Of a stretch of DNA of 64,000 nt, positions 16,891 to 29,256 are shown one piece after another. The position numbers and the translations under genes were made by a program. The stretch is from Octopus vulgaris. Its lineage: Eukaryota. The stretch's first letter is position 1; each line of letters opens with the position of its first letter. The stretch spans positions 1,364,001 through 1,428,000 of the forward strand of contig OX597830.1 in the NCBI GenBank assembly GCA_951406725.2, written 5' to 3'. The notes beneath the pieces are model-generated. The model was not told the origin of the DNA and did no database searches. It saw nothing but the letters and a program-made list of their open reading frames with translations.

Positions 16891-17612
16891 TTTCAGATAC
16901 TCCATCTTCTAATTAGCCTTAAGATTAAATAACGTTTAATACTGTTTATTGTTAATAATTTTTCAGATACTCCATCTTCTAATTAGCCTTAAGATTAAAT
17001 AACGTTTAATACTGTTTATTGTTAATAATTTTTCAGATACTCCATCTTCTAATTAGCCTTAAGATTAAATAACGTTTAATACTGTTTATTGTTGATAATT
17101 TTTCAGATACTCCATCTTCTAATTAGCCTTAAGATTAAATAACGTTTAATACTGTTTATTGTTAATAATTTTTCAGATACTCTATCTTCTAATTAGCCTT
17201 AAGAATAAACAACGTTTATTACCCACACTTTAACATCTAATTTTTTAATTTTTTACCCACACTCTAATATCTCTCTAATTAGCCTTTTTACCCACATTTT
17301 AAATATTTGTTAATATATTTTCAGATACTCTATCCTCTAATTAGCCTTAAGATTAAATAACGTTTTACCCACACTTTAACTTTAACTTTTTCACCCACAC
17401 TTTAATATATTTTTGGATGCTCTACCTTCTAATTAGCCTCAAGATTAAATAACGATTATTACCCACACTTTAATATAATTGTAATATTGTTAACATATTT
17501 TCAGATACTCTATCCTCTAATTAGCCTTAAGATTAAATAACGTTTTTACCCACAAACTTTAATATTGTTAATATTAATAATACTCTATCCCATAATTAGC
17601 CTTAAGATTAAA
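16891..17612 (+). repeat. 70-bp tandem monomers decaying into sub-repeats; probable 5' UTR of the family A LINE
   Basis: tttcagatactc(c/t)atcttctaattagccttaaga starts at 16891, 16961, 17031, 17101 and 17171, followed by degenerate copies up to ORF1. Confidence 0.85.
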
Positions 17613-17673
17613 TATCTTCTTGTCTTCTCTCGAACATAGTTAAATAGATAAACAAATAGACAGATCATCCAGC

Positions 17674-18582
17674 ACGTCCAGAGCATGGAGACCTGACGAG
17701 CTGGATTTATTCGTACAAGCATGGGAGTGCACCGGCGGAGATAGCCCTAGCGAGGTGATTGCGGCTGCGCTGAAGAGCAGAGGCTACAAGAGGACAGCGG
17801 CTCAGATGGAGCGAAAGAGACGGGAATTCGTGCGCTCATATGCGCTTGTACGGTCGCACATTGGCGCACTTGATGCCATCTTTGAGAACGAGCGGGGCAA
17901 AGATGGCAAGAATGGAGACGATGAAAGAAGTCACCCCCACCTGGTGGATGCCCGGGAGGAGGTTTTGAATGAGAAACCTGCCCGGGAAGTGAACCCAGAT
18001 GCAAGTTCTCCAACCGGCAGCAAAGGCCATGGAGACGGAGAACCCGGTGAAGAGGTAGAGGGAGGAGGAAGAACTAAAAGAAGGGCTGGTAGAGCTAAAG
18101 GAAAAGCTCAAGCAGGACCAAAGGGTGAAAAAACCAGGAATAGAGGTGGAACCGCAAAAGATGGAAACGGACAGCGCACACAGGTGTGTAGGTTCTACCT
18201 GAGAGGTTCCTGCTGTTATGGAAAGGAAGGTGCAGGCTGCCGCTTTGCACATCGGGGACCCTGCCACAGAGACACGAGGCAGATGGACAAACCATCAACA
18301 CAAGGAAAAGGGATGGACCACGCACCACTTGCCCCAAAGCGGAGGTACGCAGATGTTGTGCGTGCCACAAACCACCAACATGATGTTGTCGAAAGGGCAG
18401 CTTCTGAGCAACAATCTGTTTTGTGCATGGCACAAAAGATTGTACAGCAGCTGACCTGGCTTCATCAAACCCAAGCCCGAAGGTGGGACTACCCACTATA
18501 TACCAGACCATCACCACAGCAAACAGACCCAGGATGGACACCACCGGCAACAACGTACACCTCACCTCGATGCTCCTACTGA
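17674..18582 (+). CDS. LINE family A ORF1 (Myb/SANT-like + CCCH); ACG at the position of the family B ATG
   Basis: Frame open from 17644. ACG-TCC-AGA-GCA-TGG (TSRAWRPDELDLFVQAW) aligns with family [18 protein letters not shown]; CCCH finger CRFYLRGSCCYGKEGAGCRFAH. Confidence 0.75.
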   Translation, partial: TSRAWRPDELDLFVQAWECTGGDSPSEVIAAALKSRGYKRTAAQMERKRREFVRSYALVRSHIGALDAIFENERGKDGKNGDDERSHPHLVDAREEVLNEKPAREVNPDASSPTGSKGHGDGEPGEEVEGGGRTKRRAGRAKGKAQAGPKGEKTRNRGGTAKDGNGQRTQVCRFYLRGSCCYGKEGAGCRFAHRGPCHRDTRQMDKPSTQGKGMDHAPLAPKRRYADVVRATNHQHDVVERAASEQQSVLCMAQKIVQQLTWLHQTQARRWDYPLYTRPSPQQTDPGWTPPATTYTSPRCSY

Positions 18583-21530
18583 ACATCAGAGGACTGCAAA
18601 CACTCAGTAACAGGACAAAAATCCCGTTCCTGAGAGATTTTGTTGCATGCAATCAAGCCGTATGCATAGCACTAACGGGAACGCACCTGAAACCGGATAT
18701 AGCAGATGCGGAGTTACACATACCACAGTATGCTGTACTACGGACCGACAGGAAAAAAAGGAGTCATGGAGGTGTTGCTATGTACATCCGTGAGGACCTC
18801 ACACCCCAGGTCCTCTTGTCATACTCAAACTCGGTGTGTGACACACTAATTGTACATATTAGGCAACTTGATGTAGTTGTGTGTGCTACATATCGCCCTC
18901 CAGATGCCCCAAGCCATGTGGGCAAGTTTGAAGACTGCCTTATAAAAATAGAAGAAGTTCTAACCACATTAGAACAACACATAAGTGTACTTCTTATGGG
19001 AAACTTCAATCTGCCAAATGTCAGATGGCCCGAGGGCCTTTCTCTCCCAGGAATGACAAGATGTGAACGAGGACAGGCGAGGTCCCTCCTGAACCTCATC
19101 AACACCCTGTACATGGAGCAGGTAATACTCCAATCAACCAGGGCAGGTAACACACTGGATCTCTGCTTCACAAATGACATGGATCTCATCCATAATGTGA
19201 AAGTGACACCGACACTACTCTCGGATCACAACATGATAGAGCTGACCATGTACGGGCCAAAAGAGAGCACGGACATGCAGCCTACAAGAAACCCCCATAA
19301 TCTTTCCAGCTTGAACTACCATAAGGCAAACTGGAAACAAATTGAGAAAGAGATCCTCAAACAAAACTGGTCTAAATTTCTCTCCTCGCCGGACATCGAC
19401 GTGAAACTTCAACAATTCATGTCTGTAATGCAAGCCATATGCTACAAATATGTCCCAGAGAGAAAGGCCACTGTACACAAGAACAAAATCCCCAGAGAGA
19501 GGAAAATTCTAATGAGACGGCGTACAAAATTTTCAAATCGCCTAAACAAACAGATTGAAAGCAGTGAAAAGTCCCGCCTAAAAATAAAACTGTTGGAAAT
19601 CGAAAAATGTCTGAAACTCTCCCATGAAAAGGAAAGAGCAGACAAAGAAGCCTGGGCTATAGACAACATAAAATCTAACCCCAGAGCTTTCTACAGGTAT
19701 GCCAAAGAAACAGCTACGGTGCACTGTAGAATAGGGCCACTCCTCGAAAAGGATGGCACACTTACAGGAAAACCAATGAGGGTAAGTGAAATACTGAATG
19801 AGCAATTCAAGAGTGTTTTCACTCCACCCCTTGGGCATCTCCAAATCACCAATCCAACTGACTTTTTTACCACTGCAGATATAAAATCAGAGGCGGCGAC
19901 GATAGATTACATCGATATAAAGGAAGACGATGTAATCAAGGCTATAGATGAAATGAAAACAGACTCAGCTACTGGCCCCGATGGATTCCCGGCAATCCTC
20001 CTAAAAGCATGTAAGAGAGTCCTAGCAAGACCACTGCAGTTCCTCTGTCAGAGCTTCCTTGCAGCTGGCAAGCTTCCAAGAAAACTGAAGGAAGGTAAAA
20101 TATGCCCCATTCACAAAGGAGGTAGCAGAGCGGAGGCCAATAACTATAGACCTATCTCTCTGACCTCACACATCAGCAAGGTCATGGAACGAATAGTCAG
20201 AAGGAAACTGATCACCTTCCTTGAAGAAAATGACTTGCTGCCCGACACCCAACATGGTTTCCGACCAGGGAGAAACTGTTTAACTCAGCTCCTACAACAC
20301 TATGACTGGGTGCTGAAACGGCTGCTCAACCACTCAAATGTGGAAGTGATATATCTCGACTTTGCAAAGGCCTTTGATAAAGTCGATCATGGAATGATAT
20401 GTCACAAACTGCGTGATATCAACATAGTTGGAAAACTGGGAGAATGGCTTCATGACTTTCTGAAAGATAGAAGTCAGGTGGTAGTGGCCAATGGGGCCAC
20501 TTCCATTAACATGCAAATAGTGAGCGGTGTTCCGCAGGGCACTGTTCTGGGACCACTACTGTCCATAATGGCCCTCTCAGACATGCCCTCAGCCACGCAG
20601 AGAGCCACGATCACAAGTTATGCAGATGATACAAAAGTTTCACAGGCAATACAGAACCCTGAGGACACTAAACACCTGCAATGTGAGCTAGACAAAATAT
20701 ACAAGTGGGCCGAAAAGAATAGCATGCAGTTCAATGCTGAAAAGTTTCAAGCTCTATACTATCAGCATGCAAAACTGAATGCAATACCCAATGAATACGC
20801 TGGACCCGGAGGAATAGCAATCCCAGAGGCACAATCAGTGCGTGACCTAGGTATTTACATGAGTGATGACGCGACCTTTCGTGTACATGTTGCTAAATTG
20901 GCAATGAAATGTAGACGACTGGCCGGATGGATCCTCAGAACCCTTAGAACAAGAGAACAAGAAACCATGATGGTCCTCTGGAAGACACTTGTCCTAAGCC
21001 ACTTTGACTACTGCTCTCAGTTATGGTCACCATCCAGTGTCAAGTTGATCACAGAGCTTGAGGCGATCCAACGTAGCTACACGAAGAAGATAGCCTCTAT
21101 GCAGAATGTAAGCTACTGGGAAAGACTCAGAAAATTAAAATTATATTCCCTGGAGCGTAGGCGGGAAAGATATGCCATAATATACATATGGAAGATCCTG
21201 GACGGAAGTGTCCTGAACTTTGGCATCGAGAGTTACGCAAATGCCAGAACTGGGCGCCACTGTGTGGTGCCTAGGACTCCAAACTTGCCATCAAGATGTA
21301 GGACAAGATTCTGTGATAGCCTGGGCTTCCGAGGCCCACAGCTCTTCAATATCCTCCCGAAGAACCTGAGAGACCTGCATGGGGTGGATACAGATGTCTT
21401 TAAAATGAAGCTGGATCTCTTCCTGTCAGGTGTCCCAGATGAACCAACTTCACGGCAGGAGGGGCAGATGAGGGCAGCTGCATCGAACTCTCTCATGCAC
21501 CAAATAGCAGTTGCTAGAAAGCCTTCATGA
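18534..21530 (+). CDS. LINE family A ORF2 (APE endonuclease + reverse transcriptase), uninterrupted
   Basis: About 1000-aa ORF; ATG in AGGATGG context shared with family B. EN motifs LNIRGL, YRPP, SDH; RT YADD. Two EN catalytic positions altered (TGTHL, GNFN). Confidence 0.92.
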   Translation: MDTTGNNVHLTSMLLLNIRGLQTLSNRTKIPFLRDFVACNQAVCIALTGTHLKPDIADAELHIPQYAVLRTDRKKRSHGGVAMYIREDLTPQVLLSYSNSVCDTLIVHIRQLDVVVCATYRPPDAPSHVGKFEDCLIKIEEVLTTLEQHISVLLMGNFNLPNVRWPEGLSLPGMTRCERGQARSLLNLINTLYMEQVILQSTRAGNTLDLCFTNDMDLIHNVKVTPTLLSDHNMIELTMYGPKESTDMQPTRNPHNLSSLNYHKANWKQIEKEILKQNWSKFLSSPDIDVKLQQFMSVMQAICYKYVPERKATVHKNKIPRERKILMRRRTKFSNRLNKQIESSEKSRLKIKLLEIEKCLKLSHEKERADKEAWAIDNIKSNPRAFYRYAKETATVHCRIGPLLEKDGTLTGKPMRVSEILNEQFKSVFTPPLGHLQITNPTDFFTTADIKSEAATIDYIDIKEDDVIKAIDEMKTDSATGPDGFPAILLKACKRVLARPLQFLCQSFLAAGKLPRKLKEGKICPIHKGGSRAEANNYRPISLTSHISKVMERIVRRKLITFLEENDLLPDTQHGFRPGRNCLTQLLQHYDWVLKRLLNHSNVEVIYLDFAKAFDKVDHGMICHKLRDINIVGKLGEWLHDFLKDRSQVVVANGATSINMQIVSGVPQGTVLGPLLSIMALSDMPSATQRATITSYADDTKVSQAIQNPEDTKHLQCELDKIYKWAEKNSMQFNAEKFQALYYQHAKLNAIPNEYAGPGGIAIPEAQSVRDLGIYMSDDATFRVHVAKLAMKCRRLAGWILRTLRTREQETMMVLWKTLVLSHFDYCSQLWSPSSVKLITELEAIQRSYTKKIASMQNVSYWERLRKLKLYSLERRRERYAIIYIWKILDGSVLNFGIESYANARTGRHCVVPRTPNLPSRCRTRFCDSLGFRGPQLFNILPKNLRDLHGVDTDVFKMKLDLFLSGVPDEPTSRQEGQMRAAASNSLMHQIAVARKPS

Positions 21531-21620
21531 AGTGAAACCAAGTAGCAACACCAAATGGCGGTGCCCCAGCATGGCCACAGCTCATAAGCTGAAACTGGAA
21601 ATATCAAATCAAATCAAATC

Positions 21621-21883
21621 ATATATATACATATATATATATACATACATATATATATATACATATATATATATATACATATATATATATACATATATAT
21701 ATATATACATATATATATACACATATATATATACATATATATATATATACATATATATATATACATATATATATACATATATATATATACATATATATAT
21801 ACATATATACATATATATATATATCTATCTATATATATATATATGTATATACATATATATATGTATATATATATATATATGTA
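21621..21883. repeat. (TA)n with TACA variants
   Basis: Direct reading of the sequence. Confidence 0.93.
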
Positions 21884-21948
21884 TTTACTCTTTTACTCTT
21901 TTACTTGTTTTAGCCATCCGGCTGAGGCCATGCTGGGGCACCGCCCTT
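21884..21948 (-). mobile_element. Isolated LINE/SINE 3' tail fragment
   Basis: Minus strand reads ggcggtgccccagcatggcctcagccggatggctaaaac followed by (AGTAAAAG)n; abuts (TA)n. Confidence 0.75.
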
Positions 21949-22205
21949 GTGCTGGGGCATATTATAATAATTATAATGATATTATATATTCTGAAAATTA
22001 GTATAAACATCTAGACTGCTAGACGCAATATAGGGCCATGAATGGAAAACTTAATCGTCACTGAGTCGTGACTTTGCTCATGGGGCGGTTATCTCCCCTG
22101 TCAGCGTATACGCATTGTGCGCTTCATACAGCAGTAACAGTTTTTAAGTCCTATTTCTTGTAACTTAAGTGCTCTTCAGCACCATGAGTCCTAGTTAATG
22201 ACAAG

Positions 22206-22256
<51 letters not shown>

Positions 22257-22344
22257 TAATATGGGTGGCTTATTACCATTTTATTAACCTAAAGCTAAAA
22301 GCAATTTTATAGACCTCATTAACATTAGAGGGTACTAACTGGTA

Positions 22345-22597
22345 CTTGCATTTCTATAAATAAGTGCCAAAACAACTCAATCGCCACAGAAGCACTGTCT
22401 TAATGAATGACAAGGCCACATCTCCGGTGATTTCGGATTTCGATGCAGAATTTCGATGTGAATTAAGATACCCTGCATCAAAATTCAAAATTGCCGGTGA
22501 TCTATGTCCGATGGTGACATTTCCTTGCCTTTTCAGTCATTAAGATATTGCTTCTGTGGCGATTGAGTCTTTTGACTCTTATTTCTAGCAACGCTAG
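22345..22597. mobile_element. Foldback / MITE-like element
   Basis: Arms actcaatcgccacagaagca / tgcttctgtggcgattgagt, plus an inner pair ccggtgattt..gatgcag / ctgcatc..attgccgg. Confidence 0.6.
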
Positions 22598-24741
22598 AAC
22601 CACGCATTACTCTTTGTCAAGTTAGTGATGTCTGGAAAGAGAGAGGGTCGAGGAGGGAGAGTGAGCACGCCATTAATTGGAGGCATTGCTCTCACGTTCG
22701 CAACGTTCGTTTATTCCATTCTAAAACTGAGAATGGTGGAGTTATTCTAAAGCAAAACACTTCATCTGTCTTTACTCTGCGATTACTTGGAAAGGCGACG
22801 TGTGTCACACGCTGCGCCTGGAGAAGCAATGCCCTAACGTGCCACAGAAACGTTTGGATAATACAAACAAATCTTCTTTGAATATTATTCAGCAAGGAAC
22901 TGTTTCTTCTGTCAGCTACGACAGAATAGTCCGCGGTATATTCATACATATGCTCTTGTGCTTCGATTGATGCTCCCCTGTGAATATTTCGTATAAACGA
23001 TTACCTTACACAAGAATAAAGAAGCTTCCAGATGAGCAGTTACTCTGATGGGAGTAAGAGTGGGCTGCTACTTCTACCTGGTCGAGCGAACGCAATCTTC
23101 TTTGCTAATAAGCTTTCAGCGTTATCATTCTTACCATTTAGCCCTAACCTTAATTACATCTTTTGTCATTAGTGTAAATTATCTAATCACGAGTGATAAT
23201 TCACCAATGATCTAGTTTTTGCTCACATCTTACATGTTGAGTGGTGCTAATCGATGAGGTGCAGTTAAAATGATGTCATCCATTCCCACATTTCATAACA
23301 TTTCGCTGTTTTTCTAATCCGTTGTTCATTTCCCACTCACAAACTTCAGTTTTTCAGGGGATTGCCTCTGTCTGACTTCTTTATGACAGAATCAAATTTT
23401 CTTTTCTTTTTACTTCTAGATTGGTCATATTATCAGCGGATATAGAGCGAAATTTCTGTCTAATTGGACACCAATTTATTCAGGATTCTATTCAAAATGA
23501 AGACGAGGAGTGGCTGACAATGTCTGTGTGTTTTCTTAAGAACACTTTGAGTCGTTTGCGTCAAGTTTCAAAATAAATTCCTGTCTGCCGCAGGATTGAT
23601 AGTTACAATTCTATTTGTTTTTCTATTGTACAGAAGACGGAAGGAAAATAATTATTGTTTTGAAATGCATGCTGGTTCTATTTGCTTTAGATTATTCTTG
23701 TACAATGGTACCATTTAACACTCGTTAAAAGCTGATATAATATTGAATGGTTCAGTGAATAGTCAGCAGGTTGTACAATAACACAGATATCCTGTCGTGC
23801 CTGTGTAAAAATTGCGAATCAGCGAAACTAATGCACATTATCATTGTTATATTTTAACAAAAAACATTTTACTATAATAGTAAATCCGAAACATGAAGCA
23901 AGACAGAAAGGTCTCAGCTGTTCGTAAATCGAAATTGAATTCAATTATAAAGAAAAATGAAATAGACAACTCTCGTAACTTTTGAATTAGAAAACTTCGA
24001 TGTGGAATGGATAAACAAGGACCAGATTTAGGTTCTTACGCTGAGTATTGAAGAGAAAATCGTATAGTCTGGATATTTGGGTAAAACAATATACATTCCT
24101 AATATTGCCTTTCCTTGTATTCTCGGGAAGCAAATCTACTTTCTACTCTGTAATTTATAACAGAGCTTCAAGAATCCGATGGGAAAATGTATAAAAAAAT
24201 ATCTTAATAATGGCCCAAATGAACTTGAAACGTTTTAAGTAAACACTTTGGACAAAGACTTGCTACTCTTCTGGCACATTCGCTATTTACATTATCATTG
24301 TAAAACGTTTTTACAAAAAACGTTTTACTATAAGTTTTGGAGGTAGTATAACAACTTCCTCTAAGTTTTAATAGCTCTCCTTCACAGTTTTGCTAACGTT
24401 ACCGCCAGTCTATGGTTCACTCCATTCTCCTGTCTGTAACTCATCAGATTGCAGCATGGCCCAATTGACTTCCATGACAATAACATATTTATAATTTCCT
24501 TATATACCTATGATTTCGTTTAACTGTACGTACAAAAGACCTGAAATTAAGTCTTGTTTGTTTACTTGATGTGGGGTAATCAAGGTGAAATTTTCTTTCC
24601 CATAATTTTAGGTTAGGCACTCAAGAACGGAAAGCAAATGATCTTGAGGAAAAACTATTGAAAATATTTCACTGAATCTCATTCACATGAAGATATAGGG
24701 GATATGTAATACAAACGCCTTGTGTGTTTGTGTTTGTGGGT

Positions 24742-24790
<49 letters not shown>

Positions 24791-25009
24791 TACATACATG
24801 CATACACACATATATATATATATATACATACATAGGTAAAATCAACAGCAAAATACCTTTTACTGCTAAATTCTGTATTTAGTCGTATTTGAACCACGGT
24901 CTTCCCAGATCCATACTGAGAATATTCTATATATGCATATATCTGTGTCTGTGTATATATATAATACGTATGTATTTGAGCAGATGTGTGTTTGTGTGCA
25001 TGAACAAAT

Positions 25010-25044
<35 letters not shown>

Positions 25045-25288
25045 TGTATAGACACATATTTCTTTATGTATTTGTTTATCTGACTATATATGTGTGTGTA
25101 TGTATATTTCGTAATTTCAATAACAGTTTCCCTGTAGGCAACTTACTTTAACTTATTGTCAAGAAAAGTAATTAATTTCCAAGTAAAAATTCAATGCATT
25201 GACATTTAGACTCTAACTGTTTGTTATACATTATTACTTTATTACTTATCGCTCAGCATATACCTACCATTATTATTGCTGTTGTTGC

Positions 25289-25346
<58 letters not shown>

Positions 25347-27849
25347 GCTATTATCGGGTGCTGTTGTGCTTATATAGTTTTTGTATGTTCAGGGATATTT
25401 TATTTTATCATTTAATTTTGAATCACTTCACAGTGAAAAGGAGAAAACATTTTGCTATATTTTCGTTTCTGTGTTTCTATAATTGTTGGTGTAAGTTGGT
25501 CATGTGACATTTCTCTGATTGACTCTGTATGTATGTGTGTGGTTTTGTGTGTTCGTCTGTGTGTATTTGTGTTTGTAATTATGTATTTGCTTGCATGTAT
25601 GTGTTTGCATGTGTGCAAGTTTGCGTGTGTGTTGCTGCGCATGTGTTGATAAATGTAAGCTTGTGAATATTTGAGTATGTGTGTATATGTGTGAGGATAC
25701 GTGTATCTGCGTCTCTAAAAGGATCAGAGTAAATATATGTGTCCGCTTATGAACAAGTGTGTGCGTGTAACAGTGTATGTGCCTGTGTAACTATGTGTAT
25801 GCACCTGCATTACTGTCTGTATGCGCCTGTCTAACAGTGTGTATGCAAATATGTCTGTGTGTTTGTGCAGCTGATAGCCTACATCTATATATGTGTGAGT
25901 GAGAAAATGCGTTTGTATGAGTTTGTATGTGTGTACGCTTCCTTCTCTGTACCTGTACGTATAATAGTGTGTGTGTGTGTGTGTGTGTCTGTGCACATGT
26001 GTGCGTGTATGTTTGTGAATGAAGCTGGGGTTATTTTTTATTCATTTTATGTCAATTGTTTCGATAAAATATGAAACAAATTGGTTTTGTTTTTGTTTGT
26101 TTCTTGCGATTTTGTATTTGTGAGAGTTTTTTTTAATGTCACGCTTGTATAAGTCTAAATATCATTCAGTCATATTTTAGTTACCTTTATTTTAAACACA
26201 AACTTACATCTGTTTGTTTATCACTGAGCGTATGTGTGTGTACATGCATATATACACGTATGTGTATATAGATATATAAATGTATATATACATAAATATA
26301 TATACACATGTGTGCGTATATATATTTACGTACATACATTTATGTGTGCGTATATATATTTATGTATATACATTTATGCGTGCGTATATATATTTGTATA
26401 TATTGTTGATATATATATATACGTACAATGTATTGCAACACAACACCCAGAGTGCTTATAGTGTTACAGTATTACTCGTGTCGTACATCTTATATTATTT
26501 TATAGCGTATGGAGATTCTAGACTCAATCTGACAACCGTACTTTCAATATACGTATGCTTGGAGAGACAGATCTTTGTTGATCCCTCTTCTGAAGAAATC
26601 AGATATAACCGCTCAAGATTTTATTATCCTTAACTGCAGTAGCTTTATACACCACTCAATATTTTATTGGGGAATGTCATGTCCGAAACAACTATTTTTA
26701 TGCAGAAATACGTAAAGTTTATCGAGGCAACGTGAGTTAGAGGAGGTTCCAATTCTATATAAATTTTTTGTGGGATTGGGAGTAAATATTTGACATCATT
26801 ACTGGAAATACCATGAAATTTAATTTCATCTTCGCTGAAGACAGCCGCTGGGAGTTGTCAGGTTATAACATGTGGAATTTCTGTCTAACGCCTTAGAACA
26901 TATACGATCTAACCTTCAATTTATTTTCTACAAAATTCCACTCCCCCTGCATTAGTCGACAGGTATCTATGCTAGAATGAACTGATATTAAGATCAGTTT
27001 GAAAGCGAGGTAGATGCTGCAACAACTTGTTAACTGCACAGTCATGCGTGCACACAGTTACACCAAATACTTTGCTACATACTGCTACCTTCAGATGTGG
27101 TTTGGTGGACAGCTGGCGTATCATAAATATTTATACAAAAGTGAAAAAGCAACTGGTCCCAGAGGACGAAACAACGTGATTATAATGTAGGAATTACCTT
27201 ATTATGTATCTATTAACGGTAGCTTTAGGACAATAATTATTTATTGCTAATTAGTTCTAAATAGTACTTCATGCTTCCTTAGGTTTGGTTGGGTGTTATT
27301 ATCTCGATAAAACAGGCTGCAGCTTTTCTAAATGTGGACAGTTTGATTATTTCAAACTGTCATCATATTCCAACTCATTACTAACCGAACACATTTTCCA
27401 CTCAGCCATCAGCGAAAACCGTTCTTGTTTCGGAACTGATGTTTAGTCATTGTTTTAGTCATTAGCCTTGATTACTTGTCAATCGTTGACAAGAACAGTC
27501 GACCATATCTGTGATGGCACGAAATCTTTAAGAATCGGTTGGCAATTTTGTCCAGGCAAAATATAAAACCATTCTTTTAAATATATGCACTCACTTATAT
27601 ACATTCATCTGTTACTCTCTCTCTCTCTCTCTCTCTCCATCTCTCTACTTATGTTTTTGTCTGTCTGCCTGTCTGTTTATCTCTCTCTCTCTCACACACA
27701 TACATACATACATACATATATACACAGCAAGCGAAGGGTAAATTGTTGCTTTTCTATATTTTTGATATAGTGCATGCGCATAGTTTGTTTTGGGTTTTGA
27801 CGACCACACAAGTATAGTAGTGTTAATTGGAGGCACAGACTGTGAGAAT

Positions 27850-28572
27850 AACAGTACCATGACGCAATTCACTCTGCCAGAAATTTGGAAACACCATGTT
27901 GTACTTTCAACCGAACATACATTGATATTTCTCAGTCGAGCAAAAATTCTATCACCTTCACATGGTAAACATACAGAACAACTGTTGGCTTGTCGTGTCC
28001 CCAAAACATGTAAAACATTAAAGCATCCAGTCAACATCATGGTATTTGGAGCCATCACTATTGATGGCGATGTTGTACCTTAATTTCATCTTCCCACACA
28101 ATCTCAGACAACACAGAAGCCTACATCAAGTAAAGTACCTGGAGGAGATAGTACTGCCCTGGGTGAAGAGGGTGGTTGCTGGAAGAACCTATGTCTGGCA
28201 GGAGAACTCAGTGAAGGCTGTCAGATAATTTCTGCGACCACGTCACTCCTAACATCTGGCCCCCTAACTCTCCAGGCAGCAACACCCTTGCTTATTAAGT
28301 ATGGGGTACGGTTGAACGAGAACACCAAAGATGAACTGAAAATAGAGATTATGGCAGCATTCACCAACTTAAACAAGGAGACCGACCAGAAGAGTTGCAG
28401 GAGATTCCGAAGCCGTCTGGAGGTTGAAGCCAATGGCGATTATATTGAATAGAGTTACTGTTTAGTATTCCCAGATATTCTTATGTAATTTTGATAAATA
28501 TATCTGCTAAAATGAGATATCAGTCTTATTTTCATTTTTAGCGTAATGTAGACAATTTTTTGACTGAACGCT
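27850..28572 (+). pseudogene. Degenerate Tc1/mariner (maT-like) transposase fragment
   Basis: Fragments KHPVNIMVFGAITIDG, YLEEIVLPWVKRV..YVWQ, NIWPPNSP and SCRRFRSRLE..ANGDYIE* in shifting frames. Boundaries approximate. Confidence 0.75.
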
Positions 28573-28585
28573 ATATATATATATG

Positions 28586-29256
28586 TATGTGGTTGGTAGT
28601 GAATGGAATACGTTTTAAAAGTAAATCTTTGGAAACGCTTGAAAAACTGTAGCCAATAAATGGTCTTCGAATCTTCACCTGTACAGCGACTTTTTTTTTA
28701 CCTTGTTACTCTGCGGAATAAGAACATTAAAATAGTAATGTTATTATCAGTACGAACATGCTTGGTGTACATTCGAACCGGGGAACAAGCTACTCACTGG
28801 GAAAAGTATAAGAGAATCCGTCTCTTCAGTCACCTCGTAGCGCCGCTTGCCTGGTGTCCGTGTCCGAAGAGGAGATAACTACTCTGAAATACTTGCATCT
28901 AACGGTTTGGGTATGTATGCTGCAAGCTGATAAACGTGTAGACACACCGTTTGTCAAACGGGATATATTTCCCGTCAGAAACCGCACTCAGTAGCTTGTT
29001 CTCCGGTTCGAACGTGCCCCAAGCATATTCCGACCGTAATTACATTACTATCTTACTTTTCCCAGTGAGTAGCTTGTTCACCGGTTCGAATGTACACCAA
29101 GCATGTTCGTACTGATAATAACATTACTATTTTAATGTTCTTATTCCGCAGAGTAACAAGGTAAAAAACAAAGTCGCTGTATTTATTGGCTGTAGTTTAT
29201 CCAGCGTTTCCAAGGATTTATTTTTAAAACATATTCCATTCACTACCAATCACATA
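28586..29256. mobile_element. Long foldback element (~220-bp inverted arms) with a hammerhead-like motif in the spacer
   Basis: 28586-28812 is the reverse complement of 29051-29256 apart from a ~22-bp indel; a third partial arm copy lies at ~28987-29050; left end abuts (TA)n. Confidence 0.75.
28858..28905 (+). ncRNA. Degenerate hammerhead-like motif (CCGAAGA core variant)
   Basis: CCGU-GU-CCGAAGA-GGAG-auaacua-CUCU-GAAA-UACUUGCA-UC-UA-ACGG; stems I and III are imperfect. Confidence 0.4.

Larger units (their letters stand above)
16891..21620 (+). mobile_element. Full-length CR1-group LINE, family A
   Basis: Monomer array, ORF1, uninterrupted ORF2, 3' UTR stem-loop and (AAATC)n tail running into (TA)n. 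5' boundary approximate. Confidence 0.92.

Noticed and set aside
16891-17240. 70-bp repeats as a CRISPR array
   Set aside because: No unique spacers, no cas genes, eukaryotic context.
24380-24455. Minus-strand CUGAUGA followed by a GUUAC/GUAAC stem
   Set aside because: The stem is followed by GUUA rather than GAAA, and there is no stem I or III.
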